A DNA stretch of 64,000 nt from IMG/VR virus record IMGVR_UViG_2784132095_000001; one strand, given 5' to 3'. A program made the position numbers and the translations under genes. Position 1 is the first letter of the stretch; the number at the start of each line of letters is the position of its first letter. Positions 8,717 through 17,144 of this stretch are shown here, piece by piece. The notes below the pieces were generated by a model. It saw only the letters and a program-made list of their open reading frames with translations, searched no databases and was not told where the DNA came from. Source of the stretch: a virus.

Positions 8717-9556
8717 ATGAAACACATCGTCGGATTTTCAGGGGGAATCGACTCACAAGCAACCGCGCGGTGGGTGCTCAATCGTTATCCCGCGGAAGAC
8801 GTGATTCTTCTCTTCTCCAATGCTGGCGGGTGGGAAGATCCAATCACCCCCGCCTTTGTGGCGGAGTATTCGATGACAGTTCATCCGGTGATTACGGTCG
8901 AATCAAAAGTCTCCGATATGTGGGAAACCCCAGGATGGGCCGAGAAACGCGGATATGACGGAAACGCGAAATTGACCTATAAGCTGATGTGCGAGATCAA
9001 GGGCCGGGCACCTTCCAGGAAGGCTCAATTTTGCACTGAAAAATTAAAGCTTATTCCACAAAAACGATGGGTGGAAGAAAACCTTCCCGACGGCGACTAT
9101 GAGCGATATACCGGCGTTCGGCGCGATGAAAGCGAGAAGCGGAAAAACACTCCGCTTAGAGAATGGGACACTTATTTTGACTGTTACGTGAATCATCCAA
9201 TCTGCCATTGGCCTAAGAATATGTGCTTTGAATTCGTAAAGCGCCATGACGGGATATTTAATCCGCTCTATCAGATGGGATTCTCCCGCGTCGGCTGCGC
9301 GCCGTGCGTCAATTCCGGCAAGGACGATATTCTCCTGTGGCTTCAACGGCGGCCGGAAATGATCGAGAAGATCCGTGATTTCGAGAAGGAACTCGGCTTT
9401 ACCTATTTTGCTCCAATCGTTCCTGGAATGAAAATCAATTTTATCGATGATGTGATTCTGTGGGCGCAGACATCCAGGGGCGGGCGTCAAACCGATCTCC
9501 TTCGGGTGCTCAATGATCATCCGGCTTGTGAATCTAAGTATGGATTATGTGAATGA
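8717..9556 (+). CDS. Phosphoadenosine-phosphosulfate reductase family (PP-loop) protein
   Basis: GFSGGIDS, FCTEKLKLIP, GVRRDES, GFSRVGCAPC. Confidence 0.88.
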   Translation: MKHIVGFSGGIDSQATARWVLNRYPAEDVILLFSNAGGWEDPITPAFVAEYSMTVHPVITVESKVSDMWETPGWAEKRGYDGNAKLTYKLMCEIKGRAPSRKAQFCTEKLKLIPQKRWVEENLPDGDYERYTGVRRDESEKRKNTPLREWDTYFDCYVNHPICHWPKNMCFEFVKRHDGIFNPLYQMGFSRVGCAPCVNSGKDDILLWLQRRPEMIEKIRDFEKELGFTYFAPIVPGMKINFIDDVILWAQTSRGGRQTDLLRVLNDHPACESKYGLCE

Positions 9557-9709
9557 TCTCTTCCGCTCGTCACTGTCCGAAATGTTGGGAGCACTTTCTC
9601 GAAGAGGTTTACGAGCTTGGCCTGTGGGTCGCCTTCTTCCTCGGAGTGATTTATCTCTACGCGGTGATCGGGAAATTCCTTTTTAAAATTCTGTCGTGAG
9701 GAAAAACAA

Positions 9710-10168
9710 ATGCCCGAAGAAAAATTGATCGTTCACCCGCTTCCTGAAAAGTTTTTAGAGCCGCTTCCTCTCTTCCCGGCGGTCCTTCTCTTCGAGGTTC
9801 CCTATCGCAGCCTGAAAATCATGGCGACAATGGAGCGACCGAAAGAGGGAACGCTCTGGCGAAAAGTTCAGGTCGGCCATGACAACGGATCTCAACCGAG
9901 CTGGTACGAAATTCTGGATATCCGGAAGCGGTTTTTCCAGAAAGAGTCTCGCGTGTTTATGGAGATCCCCTTGGTGGCCGATCCCAGGCGGGTAAAGATT
10001 CAGTACATCAGTTTGATCGAGGCGATGGAGGAGACGCCGAATGAAAGCGATCAGCATCAAAGAGCCGTGGGCGACTCGGATTCTAAACGAGGGGAAGACG
10101 ATCGAAACCCGGACGTGGGCGACAAAGTACCGGGGCCCGTTGATCCTGTGCGCGTCGGCGAGTCCTAA
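9710..10168 (+). CDS. Hypothetical protein
   Basis: Good SD; the last ~128 nt overlap the next gene. Confidence 0.5.
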   Translation: MPEEKLIVHPLPEKFLEPLPLFPAVLLFEVPYRSLKIMATMERPKEGTLWRKVQVGHDNGSQPSWYEILDIRKRFFQKESRVFMEIPLVADPRRVKIQYISLIEAMEETPNESDQHQRAVGDSDSKRGEDDRNPDVGDKVPGPVDPVRVGES

Positions 10169-10523
10169 AGGGCCGCTTGCCGGTCACTCCTTCGCCATTA
10201 CCAACCTGGTGGAGTGCCGGCCGATGGTCCCGGAAGACGAAGCGGAGGCTCAATGTATCTACCTCCCCGGCCTGTACTCGTGGATTTTCAAGGATGTGAA
10301 ATCGATCCATCGCGTTCCGGTCAAGGGCAAGTTGGGCTTCTTCGATCTGGAATTCAACGGGACGAAGGTGTTAAGCCGCACAGCCTGTTCAAAGCGCTTT
10401 TTCAGGGATGAGGTCGAAGCGGCGGTGGGGCTCATGGCTGCACAAAAAAGAAAGAACGCAAGAGAGAAGCGTTATTACCGTTGTTCCGGCTGCAATGGGT
10501 ATCACTTGACGTCACAGGGATAA
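10041..10523 (+). CDS. ASCH-domain protein with C-terminal Zn-finger-like extension
   Basis: MKAISIKEPWATRILNEGKTIETRTWATKYRGPLIL (ASCH); C-terminal RYYRCSGCNGYHLTS. Confidence 0.85.
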   Translation: MKAISIKEPWATRILNEGKTIETRTWATKYRGPLILCASASPKGPLAGHSFAITNLVECRPMVPEDEAEAQCIYLPGLYSWIFKDVKSIHRVPVKGKLGFFDLEFNGTKVLSRTACSKRFFRDEVEAAVGLMAAQKRKNAREKRYYRCSGCNGYHLTSQG

Positions 10524-10541
10524 AAATCGGGAGTTTCACCA

Positions 10542-11489
10542 ATGGGCGAGAAAACTGGAATTGAGTTTGCGGATAAAACGTGGAACCCCTGGCAGGGATG
10601 CAACAAAGTGAGTCCTGGTTGTGACAATTGTTATATGTACCGGGAGAAGATTCGGTACGGACAGGAGCCAGACGTTGTCGTTCGCTCTAAGCCGCCAACC
10701 TTCAACGCCCCTCTCAAGTGGACCGAGCCGGAGATTGTCTTCACCGCCAGCTGGTCCGACTGGTTCATCCGGGAGGCAGACGACTGGAGAGCGGAGGCCT
10801 GGGACATCATCCGGCGCACCCCTCACCTCTTCTATTTGATCTTCACGAAGCGGCCGCAGAACATCCCCGATCGGCTTCCGTCCGATTGGGGGAGCGGCTA
10901 TCCAAACGTCATGCTCGTCGTCACCACAGAGAATCAGGAGGAGGCCGATCGGCGCATTCCGAAGATCCTGCGAATCCCCGCGGCCTATCGCGGGATCAGC
11001 GCGGAGCCGCTCTTGGGGCCGATCGACCTTGAGCCTCACCTTTGGCCCCAGTGCATTGCCACCAAAGAAGAGCACGATCGAGACCATGACCACGGTCTCT
11101 GGTGCGATGAACGATCGCTCGATTGGGTCGTCGCCGGCGGAGAATCCGGCCCCGGTGCCCGGCCCTGTCATCCGGGTTGGGTTCGATCGCTCCGGGATCA
11201 GTGCGTCGCCGCAGGGGTGCCGTTCTTTTTTAAGCAATGGGGGGAGTGGATAGGCGGCAAGTTCGATTGTCGCAAATCAAAAATGGTCTGCCAACCGACT
11301 CTGGACGATATCAATGCCGAACGGGTCGGGCGCATCTTCTGGACGAACCCGGGCGAGCCCAAGGTCCACCTATGGGACGAGGCGGATCACTACTGGACGA
11401 ACGCCAGCGCTCGCGTCGGCAAGAAAGACGCCGGCCGCCTCCTCGATGGCCGGGAGTGGAGCGAGTTTCCAGAAGGCGTGAAACGATGA
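10542..11489 (+). CDS. Gp37/Gp68 (DUF5131) radical-SAM-like protein
   Basis: TWNPWQGCNKVSPGCDNCY; DWVVAGGESGPGARP; PFFFKQWG. Confidence 0.92.
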   Translation: MGEKTGIEFADKTWNPWQGCNKVSPGCDNCYMYREKIRYGQEPDVVVRSKPPTFNAPLKWTEPEIVFTASWSDWFIREADDWRAEAWDIIRRTPHLFYLIFTKRPQNIPDRLPSDWGSGYPNVMLVVTTENQEEADRRIPKILRIPAAYRGISAEPLLGPIDLEPHLWPQCIATKEEHDRDHDHGLWCDERSLDWVVAGGESGPGARPCHPGWVRSLRDQCVAAGVPFFFKQWGEWIGGKFDCRKSKMVCQPTLDDINAERVGRIFWTNPGEPKVHLWDEADHYWTNASARVGKKDAGRLLDGREWSEFPEGVKR

Positions 11490-11660
11490 TTTTGCAAATC
11501 AAAATCGGGGACGAGGTGCCCCCAAGAGGGCCGAATCCGGGATAGGCCTTAGCGCGGCCGGAATGGGCCGGCCAAGCGGAGTAGCTCTTGGTTCTCGGCA
11601 GGTTTCACAGCTACCTGCGCGCGTCCGGCGCTCCCCGAGGAAATTTAAAGGAAGATAGAA

Positions 11661-11879
11661 ATGGAAACAGAAAAAACCAGCCTCAGAAAACGGAAGGCCG
11701 CAAGGCTGGAAGCGCTGTTAAAAGATATTATCGAATATCTTGAAACAAATCCCCACATGGTACTTGCTCTTCACGGTGAATTGGAAGAGGCGCACCGGGT
11801 TCTCATTCCAGAAGAAAAAGAGATGATTGTCATGCTTTTAATGTTTCGCAAGCATTTAAATAGGGCGAATAAAAAGTAA
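11661..11879 (+). CDS. Hypothetical protein
   Basis: 72-aa helical ORF in operon orientation. Confidence 0.55.
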   Translation: METEKTSLRKRKAARLEALLKDIIEYLETNPHMVLALHGELEEAHRVLIPEEKEMIVMLLMFRKHLNRANKK

Positions 11880-11895
11880 TGGAGTGGCGCCATAA

Positions 11896-12258
11896 ATGCT
11901 CTGTCCAAAATGCGGATCGGATAATTGGTGCGTTGAAGAGGATTTTGACTGGATCTGGAAGCATTGCCGGTGCGGAAAAGAGTGGGACCACCAGAAGAAG
12001 GTTGTTGAGGTCCGCTCCGAAATTCCAATCGTGAAAAAGGAGATCTCCGTGAAGAAAACATCTGAACCGAAATCGAAAGAAGAGGTGATTCCGTCTGAGC
12101 CGATGGCGGAAACACCGAAAGCAAACGGCCGGCCGAAACACCTGGTCGAATCGGCTGCGTATCTTCGCGCGACGGCAAAACGATTGAGGGCGGAAGTTAA
12201 GATCCTCGAAGACGCTGCCAATGCTTTGGATCATATTTATCAATTGGGCGAGAAATAG
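11896..12258 (+). CDS. Zn-ribbon protein
   Basis: CPKCG...CRCG; SD GGAG. Confidence 0.65.
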   Translation: MLCPKCGSDNWCVEEDFDWIWKHCRCGKEWDHQKKVVEVRSEIPIVKKEISVKKTSEPKSKEEVIPSEPMAETPKANGRPKHLVESAAYLRATAKRLRAEVKILEDAANALDHIYQLGEK

Positions 12259-12282
12259 CAAACCAACGGGGGGAGGGTCGCT

Positions 12283-12471
12283 ATGCTGTGTCCAAGATGC
12301 AAGAAAGATCTTTTGAATCCTGTCACAATTTATACCGACGATGGATCGTTGACGATGCTCAACTGTCTTTGTTGCGGAGAGTCGATCGATCCGGTGGTTC
12401 TCTATAATCGTGCGCATATTCCGACAACCTCGGACCTGCGGCGAATTCCGATGAAGGGTGTAAAGCGTTGA
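12283..12471 (+). CDS. Small Zn-ribbon protein
   Basis: CPRC...CLCCG; SD GGAGG. Confidence 0.6.
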   Translation: MLCPRCKKDLLNPVTIYTDDGSLTMLNCLCCGESIDPVVLYNRAHIPTTSDLRRIPMKGVKR

Positions 12472-12696
12472 TCGTCTATAAAAAGTGGTACTCGAAGCCA
12501 AACGATAAAGGGCTGCGGTGTTTGATGGAGGGATGGTACCTGTTCGGCATTCTTCCGCTCTACATCAGACAAAGAACCCATTATTACTATTAGAAGGTTC
12601 CGGCGGGGCCGTCCATAAGGGACAACGGTGGTCGAGTGTGGTGATGACAATCAATACACCGTTAGGCCCCGCCGGGAGAGAGTTGAAGAGAGTTGA

Positions 12697-12957
12697 GTGG
12701 AGATCACGCAAATGGAAAAGCACGAGCAAATTGTGAAGATCAAGACGAACGAAGAGAATCCGGAGCCGATTGAGTTGGTCGTCGAGGAAATCATTAAGGT
12801 CTCGGAGGCTTTTCAGCGAATCGGGAAATCCCGCGCTAAAAAAGAACTTATCGTTCTCCTTTTGCATGATGCAGTTACGGGGGTCAGGAAGACTGACATT
12901 CGCAAGATCCTCGACGTTGCTCCGTGTCTGGCTGAAATTTATCTGAAGCCGAAATAA
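12697..12957 (+). CDS. Hypothetical protein
   Basis: 86 aa, in operon orientation. Confidence 0.55.
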   Translation: MEITQMEKHEQIVKIKTNEENPEPIELVVEEIIKVSEAFQRIGKSRAKKELIVLLLHDAVTGVRKTDIRKILDVAPCLAEIYLKPK

Positions 12958-12961
12958 AAAA

Positions 12962-13126
12962 ATGAGCGAAAACGAGGACGCCATAGAAATCCTTCTCTCC
13001 CGTTGCGATGAGAAGTTGACCGAGTGGGAGGTTAACTTTTTGGAAAGCATTCAAGATCATCCGGATCAGCTTTCTAAAAAGCAGCAGGAAACGCTCGACA
13101 ATATTTGGGCGAGGTGCATGGGATGA
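12962..13126 (+). CDS. Small hypothetical protein (not in track)
   Basis: MSENEDAIEILL...LTEWEVNFLESI...LSKKQQETLDNIW, 54 aa, coupled to the next gene. Confidence 0.6.
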   Translation: MSENEDAIEILLSRCDEKLTEWEVNFLESIQDHPDQLSKKQQETLDNIWARCMG

Positions 13127-13392
13127 GCCTTTGTGAATACAACCCCGAAAAGAAAGCGCCGGCAACCACTCCTCCTTCTGAGGGTGATTGCAAAAACGAA
13201 GCAACGGTCAGCGTCGGGGCGTCCGGCAAGTGGCATCTCTGCGATTCGTGCGCGGCGCTTCCGGAGTTTAAGCGGCTTTGGAGGCGGACCCCTCTTTCGA
13301 GAATGACGGGATCGTGCGATCACAGATGGAAGCCGTCGGACGAAGATATTTGGGTTTGTACGCGATGCGGGCGGGAGGCTGGCTGCTTATGA
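13123..13392 (+). CDS. Cys/His-rich Zn-binding protein, paralog 1
   Basis: MSLCEYNP...HLCDSC...CDH...CTRCGREAGCL. Confidence 0.7.
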   Translation: MSLCEYNPEKKAPATTPPSEGDCKNEATVSVGASGKWHLCDSCAALPEFKRLWRRTPLSRMTGSCDHRWKPSDEDIWVCTRCGREAGCL

Positions 13393-13739
13393 TCAAATTT
13401 AATCGGCGAGCCCGCGGAAGGCAAAAGGTCGGCAAGAGAAACAAGGCCGAAGCGGCATACGAAAACTTTCTGGAGCTGCGGAAGAATGCGGGGGAAATCT
13501 TATGGCATCGCTTCGAAGCAATCAAATTGCGATTGGCCGACAGGACTTTTTACGAACCTGATTTTGCGGTGATGCTCTCTGACGGGCAGATTGAAATTCA
13601 TGAAGTGAAGGGCCACTGGGAAGATGACGCGAGGGTAAAAATAAAGGTGGCCGCGGAGATGTACCCGTTTCGATTCATCGCAATTATGTGCGAGAAAAAT
13701 GTGCCGGCAGACCGATGGAAAATTGAGGTGTTTGAATAA
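13389..13739 (+). CDS. DUF1064-like PD-(D/E)xK endonuclease (putative resolvase)
   Basis: FYEPDF...IEIHEVKG...ARVKIK. Confidence 0.8.
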   Translation: MIKFNRRARGRQKVGKRNKAEAAYENFLELRKNAGEILWHRFEAIKLRLADRTFYEPDFAVMLSDGQIEIHEVKGHWEDDARVKIKVAAEMYPFRFIAIMCEKNVPADRWKIEVFE

Positions 13740-13766
13740 GTAACCCATAGGCGGGGAGGAGAGGGG

Positions 13767-13997
13767 ATGAGAGGCCTAGAGACAATAAAAAGGTTGAGGG
13801 ATCAGCAAAGATCGGCGGATAGGGATCTTTATGATGCAATCGAAAAGTACTTTCCCATCGGCGCTTCGATATCATGGAAAAGGGGCGGCTACAGGCAAGA
13901 GGGAAAGGTCATTAGAACATACGACGAGAGGATCAAGGTTAGAAATAACAGGACTAAAAAGGAGTTCTGGATTCACATTTACGATGTTTTGCAATAA
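13767..13997 (+). CDS. Hypothetical protein
   Basis: 76 aa, SD present. Confidence 0.6.
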   Translation: MRGLETIKRLRDQQRSADRDLYDAIEKYFPIGASISWKRGGYRQEGKVIRTYDERIKVRNNRTKKEFWIHIYDVLQ

Positions 13998-14013
13998 CCC
14001 CAGTGAGGTGAGC

Positions 14014-14343
14014 ATGAAGCCGGAGATTGAGGAGATTAGAAAAATTCTGTCAGATCCTTTCGCAAAATACCGCGCCCACCCTGTCTCGTTGGGACAGGTT
14101 AGAACCCTCCTCTCCGCCCTCGCTGCGGCTCAGGAGGAAAATAAGGGGCTGGGGGAGAGGTTGGCGCAAAAGGGGATGGAATATCTTGAGCTTCACAAAA
14201 AGAGTCAATCGCTGTGGGGGGCGCTGAGAAAGTACGGCAGGCACTTGCCGAGCTGCCGAGCCTATGGACAGCAGACGCGGCCCCAAAGATGCGATTGTGG
14301 GTTTATTTCTGCCCTCTCCCGGACCGAGAAGGAGGGGGGATGA
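14014..14343 (+). CDS. Hypothetical protein
   Basis: SD GAGGT; coiled coil plus HLPSC...CDCG. Confidence 0.6.
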   Translation: MKPEIEEIRKILSDPFAKYRAHPVSLGQVRTLLSALAAAQEENKGLGERLAQKGMEYLELHKKSQSLWGALRKYGRHLPSCRAYGQQTRPQRCDCGFISALSRTEKEGG

Positions 14344-14597
14344 GTCTCTGTGAATGGAACCCAACCCTAAACGAGGATGCCTTTACAAACCCAAGGCCGA
14401 CCGATTGTAAAAATCAGGCAGAGGTAAGGGCTGGTAGGCATCATCTTTGCGGAACATGCTCAAAGCTTCCGAAGTTTAAGCGGTTCAAAAAGTGGCCTCT
14501 CAGGGAAAGGCGAACATGCTCCCACAACTTTAAGCCAGCAGACGAGGAAGATATTTGGTACTGCACAAGATGCGGCATGGAGGCGGGGTGTTTATGA
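14340..14597 (+). CDS. Cys/His-rich Zn-binding protein, paralog 2
   Basis: MSLCEWNP...HLCGTC...CSH...CTRCGMEAGCL. Confidence 0.7.
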   Translation: MSLCEWNPTLNEDAFTNPRPTDCKNQAEVRAGRHHLCGTCSKLPKFKRFKKWPLRERRTCSHNFKPADEEDIWYCTRCGMEAGCL

Positions 14598-14923
14598 AAA
14601 AGGTCAGACTATTAAGGGAGATCGTGATTTCTCCGATTGGAAACTGCCTATCTGAAATTGTTTATCCGGTCGGAACAATTCTTTGGGACTACCCGGAAGA
14701 CGGCTTTGTGAATCTTGAAATCAGCGATTCGACATGGCTTGACCTGAAGCCGGAAGACTATGAAGAGATTAAGGGCCTTCTAGGGGGGAGAAGGTCAACA
14801 GGTCAGTACAGCGATGAATGGGCGCGTGGATGCCTTGACGTTACGCGACTGCTCGAAGAGCACCCCGAAGGATGGGATGGCCCATGCGAATGTCAACTCT
14901 GCTTAAGTTATGGAGATGAATAA
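14594..14923 (+). CDS. Hypothetical protein
   Basis: ATGA-coupled; C-terminal HPEGWDGPCECQLC. Confidence 0.6.
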   Translation: MKKVRLLREIVISPIGNCLSEIVYPVGTILWDYPEDGFVNLEISDSTWLDLKPEDYEEIKGLLGGRRSTGQYSDEWARGCLDVTRLLEEHPEGWDGPCECQLCLSYGDE

Positions 14924-15197
14924 TAACAAAAGCTTCACAGAAGAGCGAGAAGAAGGAGGCGGGGGAGTGATACCAGCAGACTTTAATCCACCCTGGAAGA
15001 TGAAGCCGCTTGACGAGTGGAATGTCATCACCATGACCCATCTGAATGTAGCCGGAGAGAAGCATCTTTATGTGGCTATGACGAAAGATGGTGTTCTGAT
15101 CGAGGAAGGCGGCCCGGATGATGTCTACCTCTGGAATCGGCTTTGGCATAAAGCAGTAGGGACCTCTGAGAAGAAGGAGGCAGGGGAGAAATGTTAA
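14910..15197 (+). CDS. Hypothetical protein
   Basis: 95 aa, in operon orientation. Confidence 0.55.
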   Translation: MEMNNNKSFTEEREEGGGGVIPADFNPPWKMKPLDEWNVITMTHLNVAGEKHLYVAMTKDGVLIEEGGPDDVYLWNRLWHKAVGTSEKKEAGEKC

Positions 15198-15586
15198 CAA
15201 ACCAATGCAGCTGCGGATCTTCTCCCCAAATGACCAGATACCTTGACGGAGACGATACGGTCACTCGGGCCGTGGTCAGATGCAAACGCTGCAAGATTCA
15301 GACGGAAGGGAATACCGAAGAGGCTGCAACCGAAAGGTGGAACCGCCTACACCCGAAACACTTCTGTCATTGGCCTGGGTGCAAGATCAAGGTGCCCCCG
15401 AAGTTTTGGGGTTGTAAGGCTCACTGGTTCGCGCTTCCAAAGACGTTGCGCGATCGGATATGGGCGACCTATCGGCCGGGGCAGGAAATCACGAAAGACC
15501 CATCGCCTGAATACATCGCGGCGGCGCGGGACGTCCGGGAGTGGATTTTAAAGAAAGAGGCGGGGGCGATTGAAAAAGGCGCTTGA
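15191..15586 (+). CDS. Lar-like (restriction alleviation) Zn domain fused to a second Cys/His domain
   Basis: CSCG...VVRCKRC...EAATERWNR (Lar pattern), then HFCHWPGC...GCKAHW. Confidence 0.6.
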   Translation: MLTNQCSCGSSPQMTRYLDGDDTVTRAVVRCKRCKIQTEGNTEEAATERWNRLHPKHFCHWPGCKIKVPPKFWGCKAHWFALPKTLRDRIWATYRPGQEITKDPSPEYIAAARDVREWILKKEAGAIEKGA

Positions 15587-16226
15587 TCTTTTCTGTGGGG
15601 CTGGCGGCGCATCAATGGGATTGCATCGCGCGGGGTTCGAGGTGACAGGGGTCGATGTCAAACCTCAGCCGCGATATCCGTTTCGGTTCATTCAGGCCGA
15701 CGCGCTCACCTTTCCGCTGGAGGGATACGACTTTATTTGGGCGAGCCCGCCATGTCAGGCGTTTTCCGCGATGAAGTCTCTTCCGGGCGCCAGGAAAGAT
15801 CACCCTAATTTGATTCCGCCTATTCGGGAGCGGCTTATAAAATCGGGTGCTTTATATTGCATCGAGAATGTTCCTGGAGCACCGCTCATAAATTATTTCA
15901 TGCTCTGTGGGTCAATGTTTGGACTTAAGAGTCATAGTGACAGATATCTCCGCCGGCATCGCATCTTTGAGACTAATTTCAATTCATTCCTCGTTCCATC
16001 CTGCAATCACTGGGGGAAGGCGGTCGGTGTTTACGGTCACGGATCGTCCGGACGTCTCGGCCAAAGAATTAGAACAGCAAGTGCAAGCGAGGCAAGGATC
16101 TTAATGGAGATGGAATGGGCGCCGCTATCCTCAATGACCCAGGCGGTCCCCCCGGCTTATTCAGAATTCATCGGCCGCCAGGCGATGGCGATGCTCACTC
16201 GGGAGGCGGGGGCGGATGCTCGGTAA
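15570..16226 (+). CDS. C5-cytosine DNA methyltransferase
   Basis: Motif I LDLFCGAGG, IV SPPCQ, VI ENV, VIII RHRIF. Confidence 0.92.
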   Translation: MKKALDLFCGAGGASMGLHRAGFEVTGVDVKPQPRYPFRFIQADALTFPLEGYDFIWASPPCQAFSAMKSLPGARKDHPNLIPPIRERLIKSGALYCIENVPGAPLINYFMLCGSMFGLKSHSDRYLRRHRIFETNFNSFLVPSCNHWGKAVGVYGHGSSGRLGQRIRTASASEARILMEMEWAPLSSMTQAVPPAYSEFIGRQAMAMLTREAGADAR

Positions 16227-16899
16227 GTATCTCTACTACGAAGAGCCGGGGATTCAGATTTATTGCGGGGATTGCCGGGAGATCCTTCCCTTGATCGATC
16301 CGGCGACCGTCGATCTGGTGTTGACCGATCCTCCTTATGGGATGGGGGCGGTTTTCGACCGAAAGGGGATACGCCGGCCGTCGCTGGAATCGAAAACAGC
16401 AACTTCCAGGGGATGGGGTTCGATTGTAGGAGACGACGAGCCGTTTGATCCATCTTCGCTACTCTTTTTTCGAAGGCTGGCGCTCTTCGGGGCGAATCAC
16501 TACGCCGATCGGCTGCCTCGATCGAGCAAGTGGCTGGTGTGGGATAAGCGCTGCGGCACTCCCCCCGACAATAATTCGGACGCGGAGCTGATTTGGACGA
16601 ACCTGGAGGGAGCGGTGAGGATTCACCGGCAAAAATGGCGGGGTTTGATCCGCGAGGGGGAGGAGAATCTCTCGAGGGGCTGGAAGCTGCATCCGGCGCA
16701 GAAGCCGATCGCCCTAATTAAATGGATTATCGGCCTGTTCGATCTAAAACCTGGATCGTTGATTTTTGATCCTTATATGGGCTCCGGCATGACGTTGAGG
16801 GCAGCGAAAGACATGGGGTATCGGGCCATCGGAATTGAGATCAAAGAGAAATTCTGCAAGGTCACCGTCGACCGGCTTCGCCAGGAGGTTTTACTTTGA
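16216..16899 (+). CDS. N4/N6 (beta-class) DNA methyltransferase
   Basis: LTDPPYG...HPAQKP...FDPYMGSG. Confidence 0.92.
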   Translation: MLGKYLYYEEPGIQIYCGDCREILPLIDPATVDLVLTDPPYGMGAVFDRKGIRRPSLESKTATSRGWGSIVGDDEPFDPSSLLFFRRLALFGANHYADRLPRSSKWLVWDKRCGTPPDNNSDAELIWTNLEGAVRIHRQKWRGLIREGEENLSRGWKLHPAQKPIALIKWIIGLFDLKPGSLIFDPYMGSGMTLRAAKDMGYRAIGIEIKEKFCKVTVDRLRQEVLL

Positions 16900-17144
16900 C
16901 TCTCAAATTTGGTGATCCAGAATCGATCGCGGAGCGAGATCGGGGCCGGAAGGAAGCCATTTTAAAAACTTTGCGTTGCCCCAATCCGCTTTGCGCGACA
17001 CGGAAAAAACAAGAGTTATTAGCGGATGCTCAGTATGCCGATCATATTGATTGGGTGTGCGGTCTCTGCGGCGAGGAATTTGAGACGGACATCGAAGGAA
17101 AGGTTACTTGGTCGGAAAACGGATGGGAGGAAGACGCGGAATGA
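16896..17144 (+). CDS. Small Zn-ribbon protein
   Basis: CPNPLC...CGLCG. Confidence 0.55.
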   Translation: MTLKFGDPESIAERDRGRKEAILKTLRCPNPLCATRKKQELLADAQYADHIDWVCGLCGEEFETDIEGKVTWSENGWEEDAE

